From an uncultured delta proteobacterium (GTDB lineage Bacteria; Desulfobacterota; Binatia; Binatales; Binataceae), in contig CAVRUK010000005.1 in assembly GCA_963724395.1 (NCBI GenBank), positions 1,001,261-1,065,260 of the forward strand: a stretch of 64,000 bases of DNA. The letters are read 5' to 3'. The notes beneath the pieces are model-generated. The model did no database searches. It was given only the letters and a program-made list of their open reading frames with translations, and was not told where the DNA came from. The position numbers and the translations under genes were made by a program. This document shows positions 20,013-31,034 of this stretch, in pieces; position 1 is the first letter of the stretch, and every line of letters starts with the position of its first letter.

Positions 20013-21023
20013 ATGGCAAGCAATTTCAGGAGTCTCGAAGCGACCAATCGCCGCGAGACCGTGCTGCTGGTGCTCGCGTTCATACTGCTGTTCGGAGCGC
20101 TGGGACTCGGACTTGATATTGCCGCGCACGACGTTGCGATCGTCAACGGACAGCTCGTCGGCTTCCCGGTACTGACTATTGCCGCGCTGGTTTTCGCCGG
20201 CGTGCAATCGATGGTGTCGTATTACAGCGGCGCCTCGCTGGTGCTGCTCTCCGTCCACGCGCGCGAGCTCACCCCCGACACGCCCAAGCATCAGATGGTG
20301 CTCGACGTGATCAACGAAATGGCGACCGCGGCGCGGATGCCGGTGCCCAAGCCGTACATCATGGACGATCCGTCGCCGAATGCGTTCGCGACCGGACGCG
20401 ACCCGAAGCATTCCGTGATTTGTGTCACGCAGGGACTGGTCGATCAGATGGACCGCGAAGAGTTGCAGGGAGTGATCGGCCACGAGATGTCGCACGTCGT
20501 CGACTACGACATCCGCACGATGATGATGATCGCGGTGATGGTCGGCGGAATCGCGATGCTCTCGGATTTCGTATACCGCTGGATGTTTTTCGGCGGATTC
20601 GGCGCGCGCGGCCGGAGCAGTAACGATCGCGACAACCAGGCGGCGCTGCTGATCACGATCGCAGTGTTCGTCCTGGCCGCGCTGGCGCCGATCTTTTCAC
20701 AATTGCTCGCGATGGCGGTGTCGAGGCAGCGCGAATACCTTGCGGATGCGTCGTCGGTCGAGTTCACGCGCAACCCGCGTGCGCTGCTGCGCGCGCTCGA
20801 GCACATCGCGCAAATCGAGTCGCCGCTGAAGGCCGGCACCGCCGGCACGGGCCATCTGTTCATCGTCAATCCGCGCGAGGGCCTCCGCTCCGACAGCGAA
20901 GGATTCTTTGCCAACCTCTTTTCAACGCACCCTCCGCTGCTCAAGCGGATAGCCAGATTACAGGCGCTGCTCGGCGCGCCCACCGCGATCGCTCTGGACG
21001 CATCAACCCAACCTAACACCTAA
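20013..21023 (+). CDS. M48-family zinc metallopeptidase (HtpX-like), paired with LemA
   Basis: 'HEMSHVVDYD' HExxH motif; TM segments; LemA-M48 adjacency is common. Confidence 0.8.
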   Translation: MASNFRSLEATNRRETVLLVLAFILLFGALGLGLDIAAHDVAIVNGQLVGFPVLTIAALVFAGVQSMVSYYSGASLVLLSVHARELTPDTPKHQMVLDVINEMATAARMPVPKPYIMDDPSPNAFATGRDPKHSVICVTQGLVDQMDREELQGVIGHEMSHVVDYDIRTMMMIAVMVGGIAMLSDFVYRWMFFGGFGARGRSSNDRDNQAALLITIAVFVLAALAPIFSQLLAMAVSRQREYLADASSVEFTRNPRALLRALEHIAQIESPLKAGTAGTGHLFIVNPREGLRSDSEGFFANLFSTHPPLLKRIARLQALLGAPTAIALDASTQPNT

Positions 21024-21094
21024 CGTTTCTGGTTCCCCTTCCTGCACTTCCGGTTCCCCTTCCCGCGGCGGGAAGGGGTTAGGGGTTAGGTTCC
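21010..21094. repeat. REP-like palindromic element (copy 1) carrying the core 'cggttccccttccc...gggaaggggttaggggttaggttcc'
   Basis: The 44-bp core is nearly identical to 30861..30904; the flanking 'aacctaacacctaac' makes an extended hairpin; downstream of the M48 gene. Confidence 0.6.
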
Positions 21095-21135
21095 ACGACG
21101 TTGCTCAAAAGGGTCGTGCGACTTAAGCTCGGCGG

Positions 21136-21996
21136 ATGTCTGATCAGCACGGAATCGAAGAAATACTCCGTCAGGTCGTCAGCCGCGTCTCGAAGATCGA
21201 CGGCGTTCAAGCGATCGTGCTCGGCGGATCGCGGGCGCGCGGTACCGCCGACGAACGATCGGATATCGATCTCGGAATCTACTACGACGGCGCGCACCCG
21301 TTCTCGACGGTGGCTCTGGGAGCGGCTGCGCAAGAATTGGACGATCGTCATAGCGACGGCTTGGTGACCTCATTCGGCGACTGGGGGCCCGGTGTAAACG
21401 GCGGCGGATGGCTCGAGATTCGGGGCCATCACGTGGATTTCCTCTACCGCGAAATTGGCGCCGTGCGCGAGGCGATCGAGGACTGCATCGCCGGTCGCCC
21501 GCGCAGCATCTATCAACTCGGTCATCCGCTCGGATTTCATATGCAGATCTACGCGGGCGAGATTCACGTATGCCGTCCGCTCTTCGATCCAACCGGCGCG
21601 GTTGCCAAGATCAAGGCCCTGGTACGCGAGTATCCTGAAAAATTTCGAGCAGCCGCCGTCACCAAGCATCTGTTTGACGCGGAGTTCGAACTTTCGATCG
21701 CTGCGAAGCCGGTCGAGCGCGCCGACGTGATGTACGTGTCGGGATGCCTGTTTCGCGCGGCGGGTTTCATGACGCTCGTGCTGTACGCACTGAATCGCAG
21801 ATTTTATCTCAACGAGAAAGGCGCGTTCGCAGAGTCGCAGCGATTCGCGATCAAGCCGGCGCGCTTTCACGATACGGTCGCAAGCGCGTTGGGACGCATC
21901 GGTACGACGCCGGCGGAGCTGTCGGCGAGCGTCGTCAGCTTCCAGAGCCTGGCTGCGGAATTGCGGCAGCTCGCAACGAGCGAAGGCGCGCTCTAG
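21136..21996 (+). CDS. Pol-beta-superfamily nucleotidyltransferase with a C-terminal helical domain
   Basis: 'LGGSRARGTADERSDIDLGIYYDG' minimal NTase motif; 286 aa. Confidence 0.55.
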   Translation: MSDQHGIEEILRQVVSRVSKIDGVQAIVLGGSRARGTADERSDIDLGIYYDGAHPFSTVALGAAAQELDDRHSDGLVTSFGDWGPGVNGGGWLEIRGHHVDFLYREIGAVREAIEDCIAGRPRSIYQLGHPLGFHMQIYAGEIHVCRPLFDPTGAVAKIKALVREYPEKFRAAAVTKHLFDAEFELSIAAKPVERADVMYVSGCLFRAAGFMTLVLYALNRRFYLNEKGAFAESQRFAIKPARFHDTVASALGRIGTTPAELSASVVSFQSLAAELRQLATSEGAL

Positions 21997-22484
21997 CGGT
22001 TGCGTCCTTTCAGCGCGCGCTCGATTTCGCGATCTGACGCCCTGCGCGCGAGCACGTCGCGCTTATCGTAGGTGTGCTTGCCCTTGGCGAGCCCCAGTTC
22101 AACCTTGGCGCGTCCGTTTTTGAAATAGATCTTCAGCGGCACGATCGAATAACCCTTCTCGCGCACGCGGCCCCACAGGCGATCGATCTCGCGGCGATGC
22201 ATCAAAAGTTTTCGCGCGCGAGTTTCCTTGTGGCTGAACTGCCCCGCGGGAGCGTAGGCGCCGATATGAACGCTCTCGAGGAACGCTTCGCCGTTTTTGA
22301 TGCGCGCGTAACTGTCGCGCAAATTCGCGCGATGCGCCCGCAGCGACTTGACTTCCGTGCCAGTGAGCGCGAGGCCGGCCTCGAGCGTCTCCTCGATGAA
22401 GAAATCGTGCCGCGCCTTGCGGTTGTCGACGACCAGATCGAATCCGTCGCCGGAAGCTTTGCCGTTGCGGGAGTCGCGTGCCAT
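21993..22484 (-). CDS. smpB: SsrA-binding protein
   Basis: 'DLVVDNRKARHDFFIEETLEAGLALTGTEVKSLR...KLLMHRREIDRL...IVPLKIYFKNGRAKVELGLAKGK' is canonical SmpB; start at 'MARDS'. Confidence 0.85.
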   Translation of the reverse strand: MARDSRNGKASGDGFDLVVDNRKARHDFFIEETLEAGLALTGTEVKSLRAHRANLRDSYARIKNGEAFLESVHIGAYAPAGQFSHKETRARKLLMHRREIDRLWGRVREKGYSIVPLKIYFKNGRAKVELGLAKGKHTYDKRDVLARRASDREIERALKGRNR

Positions 22485-22594
22485 CGCATGCGAGTCTATC
22501 CGCCTCATCGGCATGGTTGCGAACGCGCCCCCTGAACCTTAGATTAGATGATGTAACCGTTTCGAACTGGCCTCGATTGAAGACCCACTATCGT

Positions 22595-22951
22595 GGGGGC
22601 GAACTGGATTCGACGAAGACAACATGGCCATGGTCGCACGCCGGGTGCTGTCGACCCGTAAAACTGGCAGACTGCGAAATTTACCCGCAGACAATAACGG
22701 TTACGCTCTGGCGGCCTAAGGGCCGCTAGCGTCCCGCCGCTGCTCGCCCATGGCAGCGGGTCGGGGCGTCATTTAGTGGGCTAGGGAACCGCAGTTCACC
22801 GGCTGGGCGGCGTCCCGAAATTTCAGCCGGCTGGCGTCAGCAAAGCCCGTCTGTGGGCGTTTCGGGCGCGAGCTAAAATTCGCAGACTAAGCGTGTAGTG
22901 GCCGTCGCCGGAAGGCCTTCGGACGGGGGTTCAATTCCCCCCGCCTCCACC
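22595..22951 (+). ncRNA. ssrA: tmRNA (SsrA), 357 nt, tag reading frame GCA GAC AAT AAC GGT TAC GCT CTG GCG GCC TAA (ADNNGYALAA)
   Basis: 5' 'GGGGGCGAACTGGATTCGACG' and 3' 'GGACGGGGGTTCAATTCCCCCCGCCTCCACCA' form an acceptor stem with a G3:U pair; the T-arm, the tag ORF ending ...YALAA-stop and the divergent smpB all fit. Confidence 0.85.
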
Positions 22952-23003
22952 AATTTCGAGTGCCTGACTGACGAAGCTGTTGTCGATCCGGCCATCAATC
23001 AAG

Positions 23004-23402
23004 CTAGTTGGCTCGAAGCTCGTGCAAGCGCGCGAGCCCGTTGGTCGAGAGAAAATACCGATCGCCACGGAGCTCGATCCAACGCTTATCGCGTCGATAG
23101 AACACCGCCGCCTTGGAATTGTGTGCGCCAAAAGCTGCTCGGTTCGCTTCCTGCGCTTGCTTCCAGTCTTTGCCCGCTGTACCGATTGCCTCGTAGTCCT
23201 CAAGGAGACGACGCTCCGCTTGGATAGGGTCGAACTGCAGGGCTGTGTTGGCTGCCGCTACAACTGCTGGACCCGATGAGGCGACTGCGGCAATGTCCGT
23301 GATCGCGCTGGTGGCGCGACGAATCTTTGCATCGAGCTGCGGATCCCCCGCAGGTACGGGGATTTGTATTGTGATCGTGATTCGGACTGGCTCTGCTAAC
23401 AT
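23004..23402 (-). CDS. Hypothetical protein (132 aa) immediately 3' of tmRNA
   Basis: ORF only; no family recognised; an alternative +-strand ORF 22980..23279 overlaps it. Confidence 0.25.
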   Translation of the reverse strand: MLAEPVRITITIQIPVPAGDPQLDAKIRRATSAITDIAAVASSGPAVVAAANTALQFDPIQAERRLLEDYEAIGTAGKDWKQAQEANRAAFGAHNSKAAVFYRRDKRWIELRGDRYFLSTNGLARLHELRAN

Positions 23403-23741
23403 ACGATTCTCCTTTAGGAACTAGATATCTAGCAGGATAGCTGGCTTCGAGCTAGCTTGTCAAGGCCATAGGCGTGCCGATGAAAAGGCGGTTCAAGAGA
23501 GCGTTCGGTGTTGACGTTCGGGGAATGTTCGGCCGGTCATTTGTCGTCTTGGATAAGAGTTTTCTGCAAGGAGTGACGGCGCAAGAGCTTCGCTTCTAAC
23601 GTAAAACATGGGTGGATATTCGGCGTAACAGAGACTCTTCAGTATGAGCATTTTCGGAAGTGGGATAGATGGAGATTTGCGAATCTCGTCAAGCTCAAAG
23701 CTATTGAAAAACATATCGTCCTGCTCCCGGGAATTGGGGAG

Positions 23742-25530
<1,789 letters not shown>

Positions 25531-25619
25531 CCACCGTCGCCTTACGATACAGTTGCTCCTCCGTCCTGATGGATTGGTTCTCAAATAGATTCTATTTCTC
25601 GCAATTCCCCCCTCCATCT

Positions 25620-26159
25620 CTACCCGGCGCTCTTTTTGCGCCGCTGCTGCGAGGCTCTCAGTGCGTCCGACATTCCGTCGTGCTTGCCGCGCGGGCGCTT
25701 GGGGGCGTCGTCCCACCAATTGCTCCATGGCATGTCATCACGACGCTGCGGATGAAGTGGATAGTAGATCCGATTGTCGCTCTTCTCGGCCTCGCCGCCG
25801 ACCAGCAGCTTCACTTCGCGCTCGCTGTTGTTGATGAAGGTGTGGCAAATCCCGGTGCCCGACGGGAACGCGGCAAGGTCGCCCGGCTTCATCGAATAAA
25901 TGGCGCCATCAATCCACGCGTCGACCTCGCCCTCGAGCACGTACACGAACTCCTCTTCCCTGGACTCGGCATGAGGCCACGAGCTGCGGCGCCCAGGCAA
26001 CAAGCGCACCACATTGATTCCGATGCGAAGCAAGCCTGCCGCTCTCCCGATTCTGCGGCTGAGCGCGGTGCCTTCGTCGCTGTTCGGATAGCGCGACTCT
26101 CGTTCTTGAACCGACTCGGTCGAAACAATGAAGGGTGGACGTTCGCGGCGGCTGCTCAT
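25620..26159 (-). CDS. Cupin-domain protein
   Basis: 'FVYVLEGEVDAWIDGAIYSMKPGDLAAFPSGTGICHTFIN' resembles a cupin-2 conserved barrel. Confidence 0.55.
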   Translation of the reverse strand: MSSRRERPPFIVSTESVQERESRYPNSDEGTALSRRIGRAAGLLRIGINVVRLLPGRRSSWPHAESREEEFVYVLEGEVDAWIDGAIYSMKPGDLAAFPSGTGICHTFINNSEREVKLLVGGEAEKSDNRIYYPLHPQRRDDMPWSNWWDDAPKRPRGKHDGMSDALRASQQRRKKSAG

Positions 26160-26286
26160 GCAGAGCTTGCTATCACAGAGCAGCCAGGATTGAGAGATAC
26201 ACCCTGGGCGGCGGTTGTCGCGCTTCGCTCAAAATCGCAAACTGTGTACTGTCGGGTTGAGTTGATCGGCGGAAGGAGCCTGCCGG

Positions 26287-27120
26287 ATGATTCCTGCCAA
26301 TGCCGCGCCGCTTGCAATCGCACTCCTGGGACTGGTCCTTGGAATGCGCCATGCCACCGATCCCGATCACGTAATCGCCGTCACCACGATTCTCAGCCGC
26401 GAGCGGCGTCTGGCGGTCGCCGCGCGCATCGGCGTCGTATGGGGACTCGGCCACACGCTGACCGTGCTGATAGTGGGCGCCGCGATTATAGTTTTCAAAA
26501 TTGCTATTCCGACCAGGCTCGGACTCTCGATGGAATTCGCGGTCGCGATCGTGCTGATTCTGCTCGGCGCGGGCGCGGCCGCGGGACTGGTCCGCAACGC
26601 GGCAACTCGAATGCGCCGCGGCTCGTCGAAGCACGAAGAATTGATCGTCCACACGCACGCGCACGCTCACGACGGCGGCGTGCATCTGCACCCGCACGTT
26701 CACGTTGCTGCTCATGAAGATGCCGGTGACGCGATGCATCACGACCATCGCATCCCGGCTGACGCACTGCCGACGTTTGCCGCGCGGCGGCCGCTGCTGC
26801 GATCATTCGCAGTGGGACTCGTGCACGGACTGGCGGGTAGCGCCGCGATTGCGCTGCTGGTGCTGAGCGCGATTACGGATCCGTTGTGGGCGACGCTCTA
26901 TCTCGCGATTTTCTGCGTCGGCACGATCATCGGTATGGCGCTCATCACGACCGCCATCGCCACCCCGTTCATAGCCGTGTCGAAGCGCGCGTCGTGGATT
27001 CATCAGGGACTCGTCACCGGCTCGGGCCTGCTGAGTTTCGGCTTCGGCCTGTTCCTCGCTTATCAGATCGGTTTCGTTGACCATCTGTTCGGTGGCGTTG
27101 CTACCTGGATTCCGCAATAA
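26287..27120 (+). CDS. Nickel/cobalt efflux permease, NicO/RcnA family
   Basis: 'RHATDPDHVIAVTTI' (H-x4-DH signature), six TM segments, central His-rich loop 'HTHAHAHDGGVHLHPHVHVAAHEDAGDAMHHDH'. Confidence 0.7.
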   Translation: MIPANAAPLAIALLGLVLGMRHATDPDHVIAVTTILSRERRLAVAARIGVVWGLGHTLTVLIVGAAIIVFKIAIPTRLGLSMEFAVAIVLILLGAGAAAGLVRNAATRMRRGSSKHEELIVHTHAHAHDGGVHLHPHVHVAAHEDAGDAMHHDHRIPADALPTFAARRPLLRSFAVGLVHGLAGSAAIALLVLSAITDPLWATLYLAIFCVGTIIGMALITTAIATPFIAVSKRASWIHQGLVTGSGLLSFGFGLFLAYQIGFVDHLFGGVATWIPQ

Positions 27121-27141
27121 AGACCTCCCAAGGAGACGTGG

Positions 27142-27831
27142 ATGATCGACTTGTACTATTGGCCGACACCTAACGGGCACAAGATAACGATTTTTCTTCA
27201 GGAGACCGGCCTCGACTACAAGATCGTGCCCGTGAATATCCGCAAGGGTGAGCAGTTCCAGCCCGAGTTCCTCAAGATCAGCCCGAACAACCGCATGCCC
27301 GCGATCATCGACCACGACGGTCCGGGCGGGAAGCCGTTGGCGCTGTTCGAGTCGGGCGCGATCCTGCTCTACCTGGCCGAGAAGACCGGTAAGTTCATGC
27401 CGTCGGAGACTCGTGCGCGCTACAACGTCGTGCAGTGGCTGATGTTCCAGATGGGGGGCGTCGGACCGATGTTCGGGCAGCGAGGACATTTTATGCGCGC
27501 CGCGCCGGAGAAGATCCCGTACGCGATCGAACGCTACACCAACGAATCGCGACGCCTGCTCAACGTGATCGAAAATCGTCTCGCCGAGAGCGCGTACCTG
27601 GCGGGAGAATACTCGATCGCCGACATGGCGACCTATCCGTGGGTGGTCGGAACCCGGCGCGAGCCCGAGCAGTTGGAGAGCCGCCCGAATTTCAAGCGAT
27701 GGCTCGACGCGATCGGCGAGCGTCCCGCCGTCAAGCGGGGAGTCGCGGTGATGGCCGATCTGCCGCCCGAGCCGCTCGACGACGAAGCGCGCTCGATACT
27801 CTACGGCGCCAAGCAGTTCGAGCGCCGCTAG
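27142..27831 (+). CDS. Nu-class glutathione S-transferase, YfcG-like (paralog of 7707..8432)
   Basis: 'MIDLYYWPTPNGHKITIFLQE...ISPNNRMPAIIDHDGPGGKPLALFESGAILLYLAEKTG'. Confidence 0.8.
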   Translation: MIDLYYWPTPNGHKITIFLQETGLDYKIVPVNIRKGEQFQPEFLKISPNNRMPAIIDHDGPGGKPLALFESGAILLYLAEKTGKFMPSETRARYNVVQWLMFQMGGVGPMFGQRGHFMRAAPEKIPYAIERYTNESRRLLNVIENRLAESAYLAGEYSIADMATYPWVVGTRREPEQLESRPNFKRWLDAIGERPAVKRGVAVMADLPPEPLDDEARSILYGAKQFERR

Positions 27832-27871
27832 CAGCCGAAAGACGGTCAAAAGAGCCCCAAAAGCTTGCGAA

Positions 27872-28651
27872 TTGGGGCGAATTTGGGCTAAGTGTCATTC
27901 TATGCGCTCAAGTCGTCGCCGCCATGATGGGTTAATTCTCGCGAGTCTGTTTCTAATAGCCGTCTGTGCGATGGCTGGCGCGCGCACTGCCGGAGCGGAG
28001 AGCGCCGCAGGGACGATTTTCGGCGCTACCGGACCAGTTCAGATCCAGCGCGGTGGCTCCACCATGCCCGCCACACCGGGCACGCCGGTTATCCAGGGCG
28101 ATCAGATCGTTGCAGGCGCTGATGGGCAAGCCGTCATCATGCTGTCCGACGGGAGCAAGCTCGAACTCAGGCCTGCGACCACAATCACGCTCGACCAGTA
28201 TGTAAATGGTGGCGCCACGCCGACGCGGATCGGCCTGACCTCCGGCATACTGAAATCTGATGTGAATGGGACTGACGCAGCTCCGGCCAACTTCCAGGTG
28301 CATACGCCCAACGCAATCGTGACTGCACGCGGCACGACCTTCTACACCTCCTACACTCCAAGCTCACCTCAAACCGGCAACCTTCCTGGCGTCTCCCATT
28401 ACACCGAGGTGGCCGTGATCGAGGGCGCGGTCAATTTGGCGCAGGCTGCCGCTCCAGCCGGCGGCGTTGAGGTCGCGCAGGGAACGACAGGCACGGTACC
28501 GGGCGGAGCAGCGCCGCAGAGCAACAAACGACATTTCCCAACGTGCTCCAACCCGCCTACTTCAAAGGATCAGTGCAAAAATGGCGGCTGGCGGCAATTC
28601 GGTTGCTTCAAGAACCAGGGCCAGTGCGTCAGTTACGTCGAGCACGAATAG
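27872..28651 (+). CDS. Secreted FecR-domain protein with a Cys-rich C-terminus
   Basis: Signal peptide; 'GDQIVAGADGQAVIMLSDGSKLELRPATTITL' FecR-like beta-sandwich pattern; C-terminal 'CSNPPTSKDQCKNGGWRQFGCFKNQGQCVSYVEHE'. Confidence 0.45.
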   Translation: MGRIWAKCHSMRSSRRRHDGLILASLFLIAVCAMAGARTAGAESAAGTIFGATGPVQIQRGGSTMPATPGTPVIQGDQIVAGADGQAVIMLSDGSKLELRPATTITLDQYVNGGATPTRIGLTSGILKSDVNGTDAAPANFQVHTPNAIVTARGTTFYTSYTPSSPQTGNLPGVSHYTEVAVIEGAVNLAQAAAPAGGVEVAQGTTGTVPGGAAPQSNKRHFPTCSNPPTSKDQCKNGGWRQFGCFKNQGQCVSYVEHE

Positions 28652-28762
28652 TGATTTCCTAAGGGAACCCCCGGTAGTAGAACCTTCTGCCGTCGACCTT
28701 CGGTGAGAAAGTAACGGTGAAACAACCGAGACCAACATTTGGTCGCGGAGGAATAGTCGCCG

Positions 28763-30844
28763 ATGCACTGGCGCAAGCGCGGCATCTTTCGGGTTGCCGG
28801 AATCGGCATCCTTTTATCATTGCTGTTGACGGCATGTCCGTCGGGCACAAACGCGCAGGAAGCATCGCCTGATCCCGGGAACCTAAGCCAGCACAAGAAC
28901 GCAGACATTCCGGCGGGTGGCCTTGAAGCTCCTGAAACCGGCGGAACGTTAGGCGGAAACCTGCTGGTCAATGGAGACTTCACCGAAGGGTTGGAGGGTT
29001 GGCATGCGTCGGCGCGATGCTTCCTGCCCGACCCGTCGACGCGCGCTCCAAACGGTCACCCAAGCCTCAAGGTAGAGAATCCCGACTCGTGCAGGCCGTC
29101 AGCGAGGACCGCGGTCAACGAGTTCGTGGCTCCGCCCGGCGTTTATTCGATCGGCGGGGAAATCAAAACTCCCGATCTGACGAAAAAGCTGATCGCCGGA
29201 GCGCAAATGGATTTGTTCACCGGCTGTGAGACGGAATTGGTGAACGGCGCCGGCGATTGGCAACAGCTCGTCGGCAAGCACTGCGTCGTCGCGCCCGGCA
29301 CGAAATCCCGCTTTCGGCTCGCAATCAATGGCAAGACATCGAGCCCCGCCTGGTTCGCGAACATGTACGTGCGAAGGGAACTCGGCCCGCTGTTCCGCAT
29401 CTACATGCTGTATCCGAATTATCGCGGATACCTGTTCGCCGGCCAGTCTCATGAAGTGCGCGCGGCGGTGACACTCAATCACGACGCCGGCCTGCGCCGC
29501 GAAGACCTGGTCTTTCAGCTCGAGGCGGTGCGCGTCGATTCGGGAGCAAAGACCGCTCACGCGTACAGCTCACCTGCCTATGATTTCACGGCGACGCTCG
29601 ATTTCGGCCCTCTCGCTGCGGGCGTTTACCAGGTGCGCGGAATCCTCTTGGACAGGAGCGGGAAGGTTCTTTTCGAGCAGCCGCCCTACCGGGTCGTGAA
29701 GGTCGATGCAGACCCCGGCACGCTCTTGAAGGCGTGGATCGACGATCGCAACCTCGCGCATTTCATCGACGGCAACCCTCACTTCGTGCTCGGAATCTAC
29801 GACACCACCGGATGGTCGTACAGCCCGGCTTCCTTCGAGAAGGAGCTGGCCGCGATCGCGCAGGCGCCAATCAACATGATCATCAACTATTTCCTCACCA
29901 ATGCGCCGACCCCGGCGATTACCGCATACACCACTGCGATGAAGCAGTTCGGAATAACGTTTTTGCCGGACGTGAGCGGCTTCCATACGGGCAACCGTGC
30001 TTTCCCTAAAGGTGTCGCCGACGAGTTTGGAACCGACGACCCCGACGAGCTGATCACCGACTACGTCTCCACCTTCAAGTCCGACCGCGGCGTGGTGGGA
30101 TACTACGTTCAGGACGAGCCGGAGATCGCCGCGCAGCCGGAAACTTTTCGCCAGAATTTGCTGATCAAGGCCGCCGATCCCGCGGGCTTCAACCTGGCGG
30201 TGCTCGACCGGCCGCACGACCTGCCGATGTGGAAGGACTCGGTGGACGTCCTGGGCGTCGACCCGTATCCGGTGTGGCTGCCTGTCGATAACGACATCGG
30301 TGAAGTGGGCGATTGGACCAGGATGGCGGTGAATGCGGTCCATGATTCCAGACCAGTGTGGACGATCATCCAGTTTTTCCAGGCGGACGCGATGTCGGAG
30401 TGGCCGACCGAACAGCAACTGCACGACATGAGCTGGATGGCGATCGCGGAGGGCGCCAACGGAGTCTTCTACTGGTCGCACGGCATCCGTGCCCTCGGGT
30501 GGGTGAGGGATCCGGTGCAGCACGCGGCGCTTTGGGGGTCGCTAATCCGGGTGACCAAAGAGATCAAGGATCTAGAGCCGGTACTGCTGCGGCCCGACGA
30601 GCAAGTCCTGAACGCCAAGCCTTCCAGGGACATCGTCACACGCGAGAAAACCGGAGCGGACGGCGCGCGTTATGTGATTGCGTACAATCATGGAAGCGCG
30701 TTCGCGCCAGCGAGGTTCGTCCTCCAATCGCCCGCGCGATCGGTGACAGTCCGCCGCGGGATGGTAAAGGTTGAGCTCAAGGATGGCCTGACTTTCGACG
30801 ACACCTTCGCCGGCTACGAAGCGAAAGTCTACGAAATCCGGTAG
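28763..30844 (+). CDS. Lipoprotein with an N-terminal CBM-like domain and a large C-terminal domain (possible glycoside hydrolase)
   Basis: Lipobox 'LLLTACPSG'; 'GNLLVNGDFTEGLEGWH' is typical of CenC-type carbohydrate-binding modules; the rest is unassigned. Confidence 0.4.
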   Translation: MHWRKRGIFRVAGIGILLSLLLTACPSGTNAQEASPDPGNLSQHKNADIPAGGLEAPETGGTLGGNLLVNGDFTEGLEGWHASARCFLPDPSTRAPNGHPSLKVENPDSCRPSARTAVNEFVAPPGVYSIGGEIKTPDLTKKLIAGAQMDLFTGCETELVNGAGDWQQLVGKHCVVAPGTKSRFRLAINGKTSSPAWFANMYVRRELGPLFRIYMLYPNYRGYLFAGQSHEVRAAVTLNHDAGLRREDLVFQLEAVRVDSGAKTAHAYSSPAYDFTATLDFGPLAAGVYQVRGILLDRSGKVLFEQPPYRVVKVDADPGTLLKAWIDDRNLAHFIDGNPHFVLGIYDTTGWSYSPASFEKELAAIAQAPINMIINYFLTNAPTPAITAYTTAMKQFGITFLPDVSGFHTGNRAFPKGVADEFGTDDPDELITDYVSTFKSDRGVVGYYVQDEPEIAAQPETFRQNLLIKAADPAGFNLAVLDRPHDLPMWKDSVDVLGVDPYPVWLPVDNDIGEVGDWTRMAVNAVHDSRPVWTIIQFFQADAMSEWPTEQQLHDMSWMAIAEGANGVFYWSHGIRALGWVRDPVQHAALWGSLIRVTKEIKDLEPVLLRPDEQVLNAKPSRDIVTREKTGADGARYVIAYNHGSAFAPARFVLQSPARSVTVRRGMVKVELKDGLTFDDTFAGYEAKVYEIR

Positions 30845-30860
30845 TGCACCCTAAACAATC

Positions 30861-30904
30861 CGGTCCCCCTTCCCACTATGGGAAGGGGTTAGGGGTTAGG
30901 TTCC
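30861..30904. repeat. REP-like palindromic element (copy 2)
   Basis: 'cggtcccccttcccactatgggaaggggttaggggttaggttcc' matches 21051..21094; sits between convergent gene ends. Confidence 0.6.
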
Positions 30905-31034
30905 GTGCGCGACGCGCGCACTCTCTCCTCCCGACCGAAGCGAGCACCGCGAGCGGAGCTGGCTTCTGGCCTCCGGACAGCTTCGCGCCAGCGCGAAGCC
31001 GGTACCGGTTCCGAGTCGCCGCATCCGTTTACCT

